Assembly: GCA_963785145.1 (NCBI GenBank)
Contig: CAWAUF010000015.1
Coordinates: 14,120 to 78,119 of the forward strand
From: an uncultured Gammaproteobacteria bacterium
GTDB taxonomy: Bacteria; Pseudomonadota; Gammaproteobacteria; Legionellales; Legionellaceae
Length of the DNA stretch: 64,000 bases
Reading direction: 5' to 3'
The translations under genes and the position numbers were made by a program. Within the stretch, counting starts at the first letter, position 1; each line of letters opens with the position of its first letter. Shown one piece after another: positions 42,053 through 54,368 of this stretch. The notes beneath the pieces were generated by a model, which worked only from the letters and a program-made list of their open reading frames with translations, was not told where the DNA came from and did not search any database.

Positions 42053-43327
42053 CTACTCCTCAACTAGTCGCTTGCAATGGGTTTCTTTAGTCACACACAC
42101 TGCAATTAAAGCCGCAAAGGCCGCGATGGGAAACATCCACATGGCAAATTGAAAATCCACCACCGTGTAATTGGTCAGGGATGGACCCGCATGCTTGGCC
42201 ATCAACCAGCCAAATAAAACTTGTCCAACGCCTCCACCGCCCATGATGATGACAGAAGCAATCCCAGTGGCAGACCCAGTGTTTTCGCGACGATTGCTTT
42301 CAGCAATCAATGGATAAGAAATAACTTGGGTGCTGGTAAAAAATCCGAGTGCGAAGAAAATAATGCTCAAGGTGAATTGGGTCAATGCAAGGTCTAAAAA
42401 CAAAGGCATGGCGGTGACTAAAGTGGCTACAGCACCTGCTATCATGAGGGGTTTACGCTTACCACTGACATCCGACAACCAGCCAATCAAGGGACTGCCG
42501 ATGATAGACCCCATAAAAATCAAACTCACCACATTACTTGCTTGGATGAAACTTAAACGATGAGCGATTTCAAGATAATTGGTCCCCCACAAGGCGCATA
42601 AAACCATGATAGGCAAATTAAGAAAGGACGTATAACAACCGGCCAACCAATTTTGTGAATTGGTCAAAGCACGCATGAATCCTAAACTACGGCCCTTGCT
42701 GAATTGAAGCGGCAATTGGCTGGGTTGATCTTGAACAATCGAATAAATCCAAACCAACAACAAGCCACCGACAGCACCGTCAATCAACAAAGCAGTACGC
42801 CACCCATAAAGCTCATTCAAGTAGGCAAAGGGCGTATGCGCCAACATGCCTCCAATGAAAGCCATGGTCACCACGGATCCAATAACCAAGGCCTGCCTTT
42901 TCGGTGGAAACCATCGAGACACCAATACCACGCAAGATAAAAAGCAAAAGGCATTGCCTATGCCGGATAAAAAATGAAAGAAAGAAGCCAAGAGAAAGGA
43001 TTCCGTGCTGGCAAAACCGATAGTCCCTAATACACAAACGAATAAGGCGGTTAATATGACTTTTCTGGTGGAAAAACGGTCTAAAATAAGACCGGCAGGT
43101 AGAAGAAATAAAATGTCTGCCCATAAATAAGCACTGGACATCCAGCTTAATTGAGTGGCATTGATGTGATAGGCTTCGCGTAAGGGCTGGTTGATGACAT
43201 CGAAAATATTGAGTTGAAAAAACTCATACATGAAAAAGAGCCCGGCAGACAAACAGACAACCCAAGCCATGGAGTCATTCCGGGCAACAAAGTAACTGGA
43301 ATCCGCAACAGAACCTGACACTGGCAA
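42053..43327 (-). CDS. MFS transporter (Pht-like), tandem paralog 2
   Basis: 12-TM MFS. Shares motifs with 40773-42050 (RFSxxKxxxxxxxxxxxxT, WFPPKR). Confidence 0.6.
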   Translation of the reverse strand: MPVSGSVADSSYFVARNDSMAWVVCLSAGLFFMYEFFQLNIFDVINQPLREAYHINATQLSWMSSAYLWADILFLLPAGLILDRFSTRKVILTALFVCVLGTIGFASTESFLLASFFHFLSGIGNAFCFLSCVVLVSRWFPPKRQALVIGSVVTMAFIGGMLAHTPFAYLNELYGWRTALLIDGAVGGLLLVWIYSIVQDQPSQLPLQFSKGRSLGFMRALTNSQNWLAGCYTSFLNLPIMVLCALWGTNYLEIAHRLSFIQASNVVSLIFMGSIIGSPLIGWLSDVSGKRKPLMIAGAVATLVTAMPLFLDLALTQFTLSIIFFALGFFTSTQVISYPLIAESNRRENTGSATGIASVIIMGGGGVGQVLFGWLMAKHAGPSLTNYTVVDFQFAMWMFPIAAFAALIAVCVTKETHCKRLVEE

Positions 43328-43534
43328 TCCTTACAAGGCTTGAAATTTGCCGATTATTATATCAAATTACTGCAAGAATGGGTATCTTATTTTTTTATTA
43401 TTATTTTTATTCGAGTTGCATAATAAAAAATGTTTCTAAAAGAGATAACCCGATTATTTGCTACAGTAATTTTCCCTATCACCAGAAAAACGTCCATATT
43501 TCTTGTTTGATAAAGATGATCATAGATATCTTGA

Positions 43535-44460
43535 CGCGATGCTCAACTTTTCACGAAACCATACGGGCCCGGGCCCGTGAGCGAGCCCGAGCCCGCCCGA
43601 GTTCCGCCTAATCTGTTTTTTTTGCCATTTTAGTCAACATCATAACAATGCGATTCAGTAATTCTCTTATTAATTGATAATATTCATCATGTATAATGTT
43701 TAAACGTTTGGATACTTCCAATATCGCTGCGGTTTCTGTAGCAGAACGTTTTTGCCATGCGGTAGAATCTACTTTTTTCGTTAGGGGAGAACTCTCCTGA
43801 GCCCTCAACAATATTCAATGAGATCGATGTCCCAGCTCGTTGAAGTTGGTCGGTTAAATAAGCTCTGCCGCGAGGAAAAGCTGTAGTGATTTTATCAATG
43901 AATACCACAACCTCAATGGAGGCTTGGTATATATCCAATTTTTCAAAATCGAAATAACTCATAGTTGGATTTCCTTATAATTAAGTTTTGGACTTGAAAC
44001 AATTTCCTGTTGAGTGACATAGCGCTTTATTGTAATTTGGTTCGCTAAAAACAGAAATCACAAGGAGTAGCACTATGCCAATTGAGGACTTTATCATTAC
44101 GGTATTTTGCTTAATAGATGATGAGTGTAAAAAAATCGGTGGTGGTCATAGATTAACGCGATGTTCGACTTTTCCCATCCTGAATTGAACTAAATTTGAA
44201 AAACACAGCATTTTATTGTAATTTTTGGTTCGCAAAACAGAAATTACAAGAAGTTACCCTGTGTCAGTTGAAGATTTTATCATTGCTGTGTATTGTCTGT
44301 TGAATTAAGAAAGATCACTGAGGTTCATCGATTGAGAAGCCGTGGTTTTGAACTGAAATTGTCAGATGCGGAAGTGATTACTATGGATATTGTTGGATAG
44401 TTTTTAGGCAAGGATACAGATGCAGGCATTAGGAATGGTTCTTAATTGTGAATGGCAGTG
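43535..44460. mobile_element. Composite element, copy B (degenerate): left IR, frameshifted four-helix-bundle gene, two tandem remnants of the IS982-like left end and tnp N-terminus; no right IR
   Basis: The IR at 43535-43595 has one mismatch. The four-helix-bundle gene has a 1-nt insertion (ORFs 43608-43811 and 43687-43962). Tnp N-terminal fragments are MPIEDFIITVFCLIDDECKK at 44074 and VSVEDFIIAVYCLLN at 44262. Confidence 0.65.
43608..43962 (-). pseudogene. Four-helix-bundle protein gene, frameshifted copy
   Basis: Two overlapping reading frames together reproduce the 117-aa protein of copies A and C; the extra T lies near 43752. Confidence 0.6.
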
Positions 44461-44498
44461 GTGTAGTTGCTAGGGTGGAATTAGCCGAGCATTGCAAG

Positions 44499-45869
44499 CT
44501 AATTCATCAATCGGCGCCAAATTGTGCCCTCTGCTCCATCTTCCAGTTCAATTCCCTGGCTTAATAATTCATCCCGTATCCCATCCGATTTTTCCCAATT
44601 GCGGTCTTTGCGGGCTTGAACACGTTCAGCGATCAGCATCTCAATTCCAGCCACATCGTCCTGGGTAAAGCCGGTTTGTAAAAAGGAGCCCGGGCTTGCT
44701 TGTAAGAGTCCCAATTGATTGCCCAGATGTTTTAAAGTGGAGGCCAACACAGTCGAATTGGTTTTATTCAACTCTCGACTCAATTGAAACAACACCGACA
44801 ATGCGATGGGTGTGTTGAAATCGTCATCCATGGCTTGGTTGAACTGGGTTATCCAGTGCTCATCCAGTACCCCACCCGCTTTGGTTTGAGGACAGTCCTT
44901 GATGGCTTGATACAATCGAGTCAATGCTTTGTGGGCATTGAGAACGTTTTCTTCGGTGTAGTTTAAAGCACTGCGATAATGACTGCTTAATAAAAAATAG
45001 CGCAGTACTTCAGGATGATGGTCTTTTAATGCGTCTTCAATGGTCAGAAAATTACCCACCGATTTGGCCATTTTTTCATTGTTTACCTGCAACATACCCA
45101 CATGCAACCAATAATTGGCAAAGGTTTTGCCCGTGGCCGCTTCGCTTTGGGCGACTTCGTTTTCATGATGAGGAAATTGCAAATCCAAGCCACCGCCATG
45201 GATGTCGAATTGTTCGCCTAAATCATTCATGGCCATGGCCGAACATTCGATGTGCCAACCCGGTCTGCCTTCTCCCCAAGGAGAGGCCCAAGCCGGCTCG
45301 TTGGCTTTCGCTTTTTTCCAAAGTACGAAGTCGTGCGGGGAGCGTTTTTCTTGGGCAACGATGACTCGAGAACCAGAAACCAAACCCTCCAGATCTTTAT
45401 GAGACAATTTCCCATAATCGGCAAAGGTATCCACCTGAAAACACACATCGCCATCCTCACTGAGATAAGCATTTCCCTTATCCACCAAACGTTTAATCAG
45501 TCGAATGATGCCATCGATGTGCTCAGTAGCACGTGGCTCAATGTCCGGTTTTAAAATATTCAAAGCTTGAGCATCCTCATCCATGGCAGCAATGTATTGG
45601 GAGGTTAATTCAGCAATGGGTATGCCGCGTTCATTCGCCCTATGGATGATTTTATCATCGATGTCGGTGATGTTGCGCACAAAAGTGACATCAAAGCCTT
45701 GAGAACGAAGGTAACTTACGATGACGTCAAAGGCCACCATGGAACGCGCATGCCCCAAATGGCACCGATCGTATACGGTGATTCCACACACATAAATTCC
45801 AATTTTTCCAGGTCGGATGGGTACAAATTGCTCTTTTTCTCGAGTTAAAGAATTATATAAATACAACAT
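44499..45869 (-). CDS. cysS: Cysteine--tRNA ligase
   Basis: HIGH (HLGHARS) and KMSKS-like (KMAKSVGN) motifs. Start taken at MLYLYNS. Confidence 0.9.
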   Translation of the reverse strand: MLYLYNSLTREKEQFVPIRPGKIGIYVCGITVYDRCHLGHARSMVAFDVIVSYLRSQGFDVTFVRNITDIDDKIIHRANERGIPIAELTSQYIAAMDEDAQALNILKPDIEPRATEHIDGIIRLIKRLVDKGNAYLSEDGDVCFQVDTFADYGKLSHKDLEGLVSGSRVIVAQEKRSPHDFVLWKKAKANEPAWASPWGEGRPGWHIECSAMAMNDLGEQFDIHGGGLDLQFPHHENEVAQSEAATGKTFANYWLHVGMLQVNNEKMAKSVGNFLTIEDALKDHHPEVLRYFLLSSHYRSALNYTEENVLNAHKALTRLYQAIKDCPQTKAGGVLDEHWITQFNQAMDDDFNTPIALSVLFQLSRELNKTNSTVLASTLKHLGNQLGLLQASPGSFLQTGFTQDDVAGIEMLIAERVQARKDRNWEKSDGIRDELLSQGIELEDGAEGTIWRRLMN

Positions 45870-45880
45870 GCTTGTCCCTG

Positions 45881-47530
45881 CTATTTTGCCCAAGTGTCTT
45901 TTAAATCAACCACACGATGAAAGGCTTGTACCTGCCCATCTGTTTGTGCATTCACACAATAATAACCGAGACGTTCAAATTGAAAAACCTCGCCACAATC
46001 TTGTTTTTCCAAAGAAGGTTCACAATAAGCGGTCAGTGTTTGTAACGAATTATGATTTAAAAACTGTAAAAAATCGTCCTCTCGCGCAGGATTTGGATCA
46101 TTGAACAATCTATCGTATTGATACACAGTGACCGGCTTTGCATGCGCACAAGAGACCCAATGAATAACTCCCTTCACTTTACGCCCCTCAGGATTTTTAC
46201 CCAAGGTGTTTTCATCATAGGTACAACGCAACTCGATGATTTCCCCTTGAGGATTGCGCACAATCTCATGGCATTTGATCACATAAGCATAGCGCAAACG
46301 AACCTCTCCCCCCAGGGTTAATTTAAAAAATTTCTTAGACGCTTCTTCCATGAAATCGGAACGTTCAATGAATAATTCTCTAGAAAAAGGCAGGTCACGC
46401 TTTTCAGACTCCGGATCTTGTGGGAAAAAGGGACATTTCAGAGTTTCGGTTTTCGATTCAGGATAGTTTTCCAGGATTATTTTGAGAGGATCCATCACGC
46501 AAAAGGCACGCTTGGCGGTTTTATTCAACTCCGCACGCACGCATTCTTCGAATAAAGACATCTCAATGACTGAATCACTGCGCGATATGCCTATCATCTC
46601 ACAAAATTGTCGAATGGCAGCAGGCGGATAACCTCGTTTTCTCATGCCACGTAAAGTAGGCAATCGAGGATCGTCCCAGCCAGAGACGATGTTTTTCTCC
46701 ACCAATTCTCGCAATTTGCGTTTGGAAGTCACGGTGTGGGAGAGATTCAACCTTGCGAATTCCGTTTGAATGGGTTTTGCCGGTAAAGGCAAATGATCAA
46801 CCAACCAATCATATAAAGGCCGGTGATCTTGAAACTCAAGGGTGCATAAGGAATGCGTGATTTTTTCCAGGGCATCTGAAATCGGGTGGGCATAATCATA
46901 CATAGGATAAATGCACCATTCATCTCCAGTGCGTTGATGATGTGCATGGCGTATGCGATACAAGACTGGATCGCGCAGGTTGATATTGCCCGATTGCATG
47001 TCAATTTTTGCTCGAAGCACATGAGTGCCGTCGGAAACTCACCAGCTTTCATCCGTTTGAATAAATCCAAACTTTCGTCCATGGACCGATTGCGATAAGG
47101 ACTGTCGCGACCAGGTTCTAATAAATTGCCTCTATGGGCACGAATTTCGTCCATACTCAGACTGTCCACATAAGCCAAGTTCTTTTGAATGAGCACAATG
47201 GCCAGATCGTACAGTTCTTGATAATAATCCGAGGAATGCGTCAGTGCACGTCCATTCAAAACCCAACCAGCGCACATCATCTATGATGGCATTGACGTAT
47301 TCTTCCTCTTCTTTGATGGGATTGGTATCATCAAAACGCAACAAGCAAGTGCCTGAAAACTCTTCGGCCAAACCAAAATTGAGACAAATTGATTTTGCAT
47401 GTCCAACGTGCAAATAACCATTGGGTTCTGGCGGGAATCGGGTCACTATGGCTTTATGTTTGCAATTTGCCAAATCGTCTTTAATCAATTGTCTGATAAA
47501 ATGTGGGCGTTTTTCAATTAAGTCGGTCAT
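45881..47530 (-). CDS. glnS: Glutamine--tRNA ligase (reading frame broken twice, near 47130-47280 and 46750-47020)
   Basis: Three consecutive ORFs (47132-47530, 46747-47280, 45881-47020) are collinear with GlnS; HIGH motif HVGHAKS is present. Confidence 0.8.
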
Positions 47531-48344
47531 GCTGTTGTTCCATTGTTATCGATTGCAACTCGCATCGAGTTGATCAGAGTGACACCTGCTTGAAGTGGGT
47601 TTCCATCGCGTTCATAGCTCTCAAAAAGTTGATTGACTAAGGCTGCACCTACTATAACACCATCCGCAAAACTTGCAACCTTTGCAGCCATTTCGCCTGT
47701 TTTAATGCCAAATCCGACCATCAAGGGCAGTTTGGTTTGCGCCTTTAATTGCAGGTATTGCGATTTTAATGAGTTGATGTCCAGCGAATCGGCACCGCTG
47801 ACTCCTTTTAAGGAGACATAATAGAGATACCCTTCGGCCATTTGATTGATCAAAATCATGCGTTCTTGAGTAGTGGTGGGTGAACACAGATAGATGTTGT
47901 ACAGGTGGTGTTGTTTCCAGATTTTTGCGACCTCAGTACTTTCTTCTGGTGGGAGATCCACGAGAATGGTCCCATCGACGCCTGCATCAACAGCCTCTTG
48001 GGCAAATCCATCGTAGCCGTATTGTTCAAGGGATTCACATAACTCATGAGAATAAGGGCTGTGTGTTGATCCTGTTTGCGAAACTCTTTGACCATCTCCA
48101 AGACATCTTGGCAGCGAATGTTGTGGCTTAAAGCACGTTCCATGGCATGCTGGATAACCGGGCCTTCTGCCATGGGATCGGAAAAGGGAATGCCCAACTC
48201 TAAAACATCCGCTCCGGCTTCAACCAAGGCATGCATGATGTTGACCGTGAGGTTCGGATGCGGATCCCCTGCGGTGATGTAAGGGCTTAGCATTTTTTTC
48301 CCACTGACCTTTAATTCTGACAAAATAGTATCAATTCGATTCAT
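47527..48344 (-). CDS. trpA: Tryptophan synthase alpha chain (frameshift near 48080)
   Basis: ORFs 47856-48344 and 47527-47961 correspond to the TrpA N- and C-terminal halves. Confidence 0.75.
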
Positions 48345-48347
48345 AAT

Positions 48348-49556
48348 ACACCATCATTTAATCCAATGTAATTCCGTCAATCTCAGCTACAGTATGCATG
48401 TCTTTATCTCCTCTGCCGGATAAACAGACGATGATGTTTTCATGCTTGGACATCCTTGGAGCCAATTTCAACGCATAAGCCACCGCGTGGCTTGATTCCA
48501 GGGCTGGCATGATGCCTTCCACACGCGTTAAAGTACGAAAGGCATGCAGCGCTTCTTCATCGTTTATGGCTTCGTAGAGGACTCGGCCAGAGTCTTTTAA
48601 ATAGGCATGTTCTGGTCCTACTCCAGGATAATCCAGACCGGCGGATACGGAGTAAGTATCTTTAATTTGACCAAAATCATCGCAGAGCAGATAGGTGCGA
48701 TTGCCGTGTAAAACCCCAGGTCTTCCAGCCGTTAAGGAGGCCGAATGTTACCCGTGTTGAGACCCTTTCCCCCAGCCTCGATTCCATACATGGCAACGGC
48801 TGGATCATTTAAAAAAGGATAAAACAGTCCAATGGCATTCGAACCTCCACCCACACAGGCGACCAGGGCATCAGGTAATTTTTGGTGATTTCCAGGCATT
48901 GTTTTTTTGCCTCATCCCCAATGATTCTTTGAAAATCCCTAACCATTTGTGGGATAAGGGTGGGGTCCTGCGGCAGTTCCAATGATATAAAAAGTATTGT
49001 CTACATGGCTAACCCAATCCCGCATCGCTTCATTTAAAGCATCTTTTAAGGTTTTGGAGCCAGAAGTGACTGGAACAACGGTGGCGCCTAATAATTTCAT
49101 GCGATAGACATTGCTGGATTGTCGCTTGATGTCTTCTATACCCATGTAAACGACGCATTCCAAGCCCAGCTTCGCAGCGATGGTGGCCGTGGCCACCCCA
49201 TGTTGGCCAGCGCCGGTTTCAGCGATGACTCGGGTTTTTCCCATGCGTTTTGCCAGCAGCCCCTGGCCCACGGTGTTGTTGATTTTATGCGCACCAGTAT
49301 GGTTCAAATCTTCTCGTTTCAGATAAATTTGGGCGCCTTTTAATTGTTGACTCAATCTTTGGGCGTGATACAGCGGATTTGGTCGACCAACATAGTTGGC
49401 TAATTCTGTTTGCAATTGCGCTTTAAATAGAGGATCGTCTTTGTACTGTTCATAAGCCGCTTCCAATTGCGATAAGGCATGGACTAAGGTATCGGCCACA
49501 AACATGCCGCCATAAGGACCAAAATGTCCGCGATCGTCAGGAAGTTCATAGGTCAT
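48348..49556 (-). CDS. trpB: Tryptophan synthase beta chain (at least three homopolymer frameshifts in the 3' half)
   Basis: The N-terminal 205 aa is intact ([12 protein letters not shown] site). The C-terminal half is recoverable only by shifting frame at A-runs (for example ggtaacattcg where ggtaaacattcg is expected). Confidence 0.75.
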
Positions 49557-50182
49557 GGTTTACCCCATATTGCGTTCATAAATTCAGCCATTTTTTCATG
49601 ATCCTTGATTCCAGCAACGTGTTCAATCCCAGAACACACATCCACCGCATAGGGTTTGCACTGTTTCAGCGCATCTAGGACGTTGCATGCATTCAACCCC
49701 CCAGCCAAAAGGTAAGGTTTGGGCAGGTTTTCAGGAATAAGTTGCCAATTGAAGGGAACACCAGTACCCCCTTTTTCTGTTTGCGAGGGGGTATCCAATA
49801 ATATGGCACTAGCGGTACTGAATTGCTCCATGGCTTGTTGAATTTGAGCTGCGTGCTGCGCTTGAATCGCCTTAATAAAGGGTTTATTGAATTGCTGACA
49901 AAAGTCTGGCGACTCATCCCCTTGAAATTGAAGCAATTGAATGGGAAGCTCTTCCAAGAGTTCTCGGACGAATGCTTCATCTGGATCCACCAAAACGGCC
50001 ACTACGTCCACAAAGGGAGGCAGTGTTTTGATGAGTGGCTTGACTTGTTCCTTGGAAACATGACGCGCACTTTTAGAATAGAAGACAAAACCAATGGCAT
50101 CCACACCTAAATCAACCGCCTGCGCAATGTCTTCTAAACGAGTCATACCGCACATTTTGACCCTTAGCCGCAAAGAATTCAA
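49553..50182 (-). CDS. trpF: Phosphoribosylanthranilate isomerase
   Basis: VKMCGMT N-terminus; TrpF-like throughout. Confidence 0.85.
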   Translation of the reverse strand: MNSLRLRVKMCGMTRLEDIAQAVDLGVDAIGFVFYSKSARHVSKEQVKPLIKTLPPFVDVVAVLVDPDEAFVRELLEELPIQLLQFQGDESPDFCQQFNKPFIKAIQAQHAAQIQQAMEQFSTASAILLDTPSQTEKGGTGVPFNWQLIPENLPKPYLLAGGLNACNVLDALKQCKPYAVDVCSGIEHVAGIKDHEKMAEFMNAIWGKP

Positions 50183-50971
50183 TTATTTTACTCCAAGAAA
50201 CAGGGGACCCAGATTGTGCTTTATAATACCAAAATGTTCTGGGTAAGTCACTTGAACCAAATAAAGACCATAAGGTGGAGCGGTTTCAGCGCCCAACCGC
50301 CTGTCTGTTGCCTTTAAAACCTCCTCTACCCAGCCTACGGGATGTTTTCCTGATCCCACGGCCATGAGTACCCCGGCTATGTTTCTAACCATGTGGTGTA
50401 GAAAGGCATTGGCGGTGATGTCGAGGATAACTAAATCATCCATGCGCTTGACCTGCAAGTTTTGAATCATCCGCATCGGTGTTTTGGATTGGCATTCGAC
50501 TGAACGAAAAGAGGTGAAATCATGCTCCCCTACCAAACTTTGAGCCGCTTCCTGCATCAATCGGTGATCCAATTGCCTATACTGCCAAGTGACATTGGAA
50601 CGCAACAATCCAGGACGAATAGCCCCATTGTAAATCACATAGCGATAACGCCTGGATTGAGCCGAATAACGCGCATGAAAGTCATCCGGCATTTCCTTAC
50701 CCCATTTCACGCAGATGTCTTTGGGTAAAAAAGAATTTGCCCCATGAAACCAGGCACGTATGGAACGCGCCTTATCCGAATCGAAATGGATGACTTGATT
50801 AGTAGCATGCACGGCAGTATCGGTCCTGCCCGCACAGATTATAGAGACGTTTTGATCGGCAACATTGGATAAGGCATCTTCAACTGCTTGCTGAATTGTG
50901 TGCAAACCGGGTTGCGCCTGCCAACCATGGTATTGGCTACCATCGTATTCAATCACTAAGGCAATGCGCAT
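50183..50971 (-). CDS. truA: tRNA pseudouridine(38-40) synthase
   Basis: MRIALVIEYDGSQYHGWQ N-terminus. Confidence 0.9.
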   Translation of the reverse strand: MRIALVIEYDGSQYHGWQAQPGLHTIQQAVEDALSNVADQNVSIICAGRTDTAVHATNQVIHFDSDKARSIRAWFHGANSFLPKDICVKWGKEMPDDFHARYSAQSRRYRYVIYNGAIRPGLLRSNVTWQYRQLDHRLMQEAAQSLVGEHDFTSFRSVECQSKTPMRMIQNLQVKRMDDLVILDITANAFLHHMVRNIAGVLMAVGSGKHPVGWVEEVLKATDRRLGAETAPPYGLYLVQVTYPEHFGIIKHNLGPLFLGVK

Positions 50972-51090
50972 TAGTAATTCCTGATTAAAAGCCTAATTTA
51001 TAATAATTTAGGGGTTTTGTCTATATTTCTTCACTACAGGATTGTTGCCAGCCATTTACTTATCCTAAAAAATGATATAATATTATACAT

Positions 51091-51957
51091 ATGCTCTGTT
51101 GTTTTAATTGGATGAATGATATGTCTGAAATGAAGAATGAATTATTATCTCGCAAAATGCCCTTCGAAGCAGAAGAACTGGAGTTTAAATCGACATTTGA
51201 TGAAATAGTAAAAAAAACATCCAATGCCGAAGTCGAGCAGGCACTTATCCATTACATAAACACATACCGGAATGAAAAGGCTAAGCTTAAAGATGATCCA
51301 GACGGTTTGAAAACACTTCAAAGTAATTATAAAGCTACTGTAAAAAACATGGGTAATTATTTGGCTTGCATGGAGAATCAAGAAGCTCAGTTTTCTGATT
51401 TTGTCAAACAATCAAAGGCCTACTGCGCTCAAACCTGCAATTTCTCGTTTAAAGATACCTTCAGACCTCTCATAGGTGCTGCAATTGTGGGCGCTATAAT
51501 TGGAGCCATTGCTTTTGGTCCAATTGGACTGATATTGGGAGCCTGCATTGCCGTTGCAGGATTGACTGCATCCAAGAAACTTTATGATTCGGTCAAAGCA
51601 GGTACTCTAATGAAAGACATAAAAGGTTCGGTTTTTGATAATCCAGTTTCGGAGCTGGGAGTCTTTCCCAATGAAATGCAAAAAGCCTCTGCCAGATTAG
51701 CCAATGCACTGGTTGATTCTGCACGCCAGGTGAAGAACAATTCTGCAACTAGGGAACCAATTGAAATGGCAAACGTTTTGAATAGCACAAATCCATTTAG
51801 TCGGTTGAATGGTGGGGCTGACACAAAAAGTCCTCAACAGAATAAGCCTAAGCCTGAGCCTACTGAGCCTACTAAGCCTGAGCCTACTGAGCCTGAGCCT
51901 GCTGAGCCTATTGACTCCCAAAGTCCTCCCGTAAGTCCGCGGCCCAAAATAGGTTGA
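51091..51957 (+). CDS. Hypothetical membrane-associated protein with a Gly-zipper helix and a C-terminal (KPEPTEP)n proline-rich repeat
   Basis: GAAIVGAIIGAIAFGPIGLILGACIAVAG segment. A 9-12-bp CCTGAGCCTACT-type DNA repeat at 51841-51915. Confidence 0.4.
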   Translation: MLCCFNWMNDMSEMKNELLSRKMPFEAEELEFKSTFDEIVKKTSNAEVEQALIHYINTYRNEKAKLKDDPDGLKTLQSNYKATVKNMGNYLACMENQEAQFSDFVKQSKAYCAQTCNFSFKDTFRPLIGAAIVGAIIGAIAFGPIGLILGACIAVAGLTASKKLYDSVKAGTLMKDIKGSVFDNPVSELGVFPNEMQKASARLANALVDSARQVKNNSATREPIEMANVLNSTNPFSRLNGGADTKSPQQNKPKPEPTEPTKPEPTEPEPAEPIDSQSPPVSPRPKIG

Positions 51958-52085
51958 GGGTTTATCAAAGGGTATCGCTGATTTAGTCAGGCAAGACCTC
52001 TGTTTCCATTGATTTTATCATACCTGTAATCCATAATTCTCAAATCATGTCCTAAGGCCACGGCCTGAATATACTCTGGAATATT

Positions 52086-52946
52086 ATGTCAGCCTCATTG
52101 ATTGATGGCAGAAAGCTAGCGGCACTTCGTCGAGACGAATTGAAACAACAGGTGCAAGGACTTGTCCAAAAAGATCAGCGCGTACCCGGACTTGCTGTTG
52201 TGCTTGTTGGCTCCGATCCTGCTTCAGCCATTTACGTTAAAAACAAACGCAAAGCCTGCGAAGAAGTTGGCCTGGTCTCGCATTCCTACGATTTAGATTA
52301 CGACACGACCCAAGAACAATTGGTGCGTTTAATCGATGAATTGAATCAATCCCAAGAAATTGACGGCATCTTGATTCAATTGCCCTTACCCAAACACATC
52401 AATGAAAATCAAATCATAGAACGCATCAAACCTGAAAAAGACGTCGATGGCTTTCACCCTTACAATCTTGGAAGACTGGCGCAAAGAAATCCTTTACTTA
52501 GACCCTGTACGCCATTAGGCATTATGAATTTGTTGCAGCACTATCAATTGGAGGTCAAAAGAAAACACGCACTGGTCATTGGGGCTTCAAACATCGTAGG
52601 GCGCCCCATGAGCTTGGAATTATTGCTTGCAGGCGCAACCGTAACCGTTTGCCATAAATTCACCCCCAATCTGCAAAAATTCGTTTCCATGGCCGACCTA
52701 GTGATAGTAGCCACTGGAAAAATGGACGTCATTGACACCGATTGGCTTCAAAAAAGCCAGATTTTAATTGACGTGGGCATGCACCGGTTGCCAGATGGAA
52801 ACATACGCGGCGATGTGGATTTTAAAAAAGCAATGCATCAAGTCGCTTGGATTACCCCAGTTCCTGGTGGAGTTGGCCCTATGACCATCATTTCCTTACT
52901 GGAAAACACCTGCATGGCGGCCAAACTTAGTCATTTATCCAGCTGA
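52086..52946 (+). CDS. folD: Bifunctional methylenetetrahydrofolate dehydrogenase/cyclohydrolase
   Basis: FolD-like over the full length ([27 protein letters not shown]). Confidence 0.9.
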   Translation: MSASLIDGRKLAALRRDELKQQVQGLVQKDQRVPGLAVVLVGSDPASAIYVKNKRKACEEVGLVSHSYDLDYDTTQEQLVRLIDELNQSQEIDGILIQLPLPKHINENQIIERIKPEKDVDGFHPYNLGRLAQRNPLLRPCTPLGIMNLLQHYQLEVKRKHALVIGASNIVGRPMSLELLLAGATVTVCHKFTPNLQKFVSMADLVIVATGKMDVIDTDWLQKSQILIDVGMHRLPDGNIRGDVDFKKAMHQVAWITPVPGGVGPMTIISLLENTCMAAKLSHLSS

Positions 52947-53137
52947 CTCCAATCGAATTCTTCGTCGTTGAAGTCATCGAATTCATCCTTAAATTCATCT
53001 CTTAGACGCTTACGCTCTAGTTTTTCTTCCAGCAAACGCTTGATTTTTTTCTTATGACTCAAGTCTTCAGGTTCGCCATAATCTTCTTCTCTGAAATCAG
53101 AATAAGAGTGAGAATGATGATCTTCATATAAACCCAT
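52931..53137 (-). CDS. Small highly charged protein (68 aa), unknown
   Basis: Supported only by the ORF. Strongly acidic and basic composition. Confidence 0.3.
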   Translation of the reverse strand: MGLYEDHHSHSYSDFREEDYGEPEDLSHKKKIKRLLEEKLERKRLRDEFKDEFDDFNDEEFDWSQLDK

Positions 53138-53310
53138 GATAGTCCCCTTGTTTTCACCTTATATAAAAATTATAGCTCAGGTTGTGCATTTATGTTTCTT
53201 CATAAATAAATGTTACTGACCAACGACCAACTCGGTAAAAATAAAATTTATTGACTTAAAATAATACATTGTGATAAAATGTCAGATAAATTATAACTTT
53301 GGAGAACAAT

Positions 53311-53961
53311 ATGTCGCAAGAAAAAATAGAAGAACTGGTAAGTATTTGTAATAATATCTTACTGGCTCACCGCAGATTAACCAGCGTTTACGCCCACACC
53401 ATTGAAAATGGTCAAGCTAAATTTTCACTAGATTATGCTCAAGACCTTCGATCAGTTGATTTATGCTTGGATAGGCGAAATGGTGCTGGTACTTTCCGTT
53501 TTCATACTTCCTCTGGAGTAGACCACCTCCGGATCAAAACCTGGACCCTTTCATTTAACAAGGATGCAATTACCATTAAGCATCTTAAACAAAGTATGGA
53601 TTTTGATGCTGTGAAAGAAAAAACTCTTGTACGATTTATGGGCATTCAAAATCAAATGGTGACAGAAGCTATAGAAATTAAAACAAAAGCAAGTGGTTCT
53701 AATTGGAACAATATGATTAAACGTCAAGAAAGCCATGCTCTAAATGGAGAGGATCAAAATTCTTTATGTGATGATTTCTTAGATGTCTTTATCGGATATG
53801 CTCGTAAATTAATCCAAACTGCGAAAAACTACCAAATTGAACAAGTTAATAGTTTTTTTCAAACAGTTAACACCGATGTATCCCCTACCCCTACAAATCT
53901 CGAAACCAGGCCTTCGGTCACAGAGGAGGTATCCGATATAATAATTGCCTATATGGGTTAA
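53311..53961 (+). CDS. Hypothetical protein (effector-like)
   Basis: GGAG RBS 7 nt upstream of the ATG. No motif recognised. Confidence 0.35.
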   Translation: MSQEKIEELVSICNNILLAHRRLTSVYAHTIENGQAKFSLDYAQDLRSVDLCLDRRNGAGTFRFHTSSGVDHLRIKTWTLSFNKDAITIKHLKQSMDFDAVKEKTLVRFMGIQNQMVTEAIEIKTKASGSNWNNMIKRQESHALNGEDQNSLCDDFLDVFIGYARKLIQTAKNYQIEQVNSFFQTVNTDVSPTPTNLETRPSVTEEVSDIIIAYMG

Positions 53962-53999
53962 TCAGGTTTGCTCTAAGCAGAACTCATTAAATATCTATC

Positions 54000-54037
54000 T
54001 TATATTGTAAGTTGGGCCTTGGCCCAACTTACAATAT
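54000..54037. repeat. Perfect 38-bp palindrome TATATTGTAAGTTGGGCC-TT-GGCCCAACTTACAATATA; probable bidirectional terminator and REP-like dispersed element
   Basis: Its core GTTGGGCCTTGGCCCAAC is identical to 34407-34424. A second hairpin (CAAGCAG-A-CTGCTTG) follows at 54043-54057. Confidence 0.5.
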
Positions 54038-54368
54038 AAACAGCAAGCAGACTGCTTGTAAAAGCAATTCATATATTGTAAATTCGAGATTAAACTTCGA
54101 AAATTCAAGCTAAAAAGAGGGTAAAAAAATCGGCTTTGAATTTAAATACATAGATGCTCCTAAGAGAACCCATCCATGCGCATTGCCAGTGACACCCTAA
54201 AGTTGGATCATTTATATTTAGTTTATCCTGGTCAGCATACTTTTCCACTAGCCGAAGGTATGACCGCATTAGGTATTGAGAGCTCATAAGGGTGGAGCCT
54301 GGGCCCATAGCCGTCAGTTGAGTAGGTTTGCCGGGTAACTCAACAGATCTACTCAAACCTCCAGTTCT

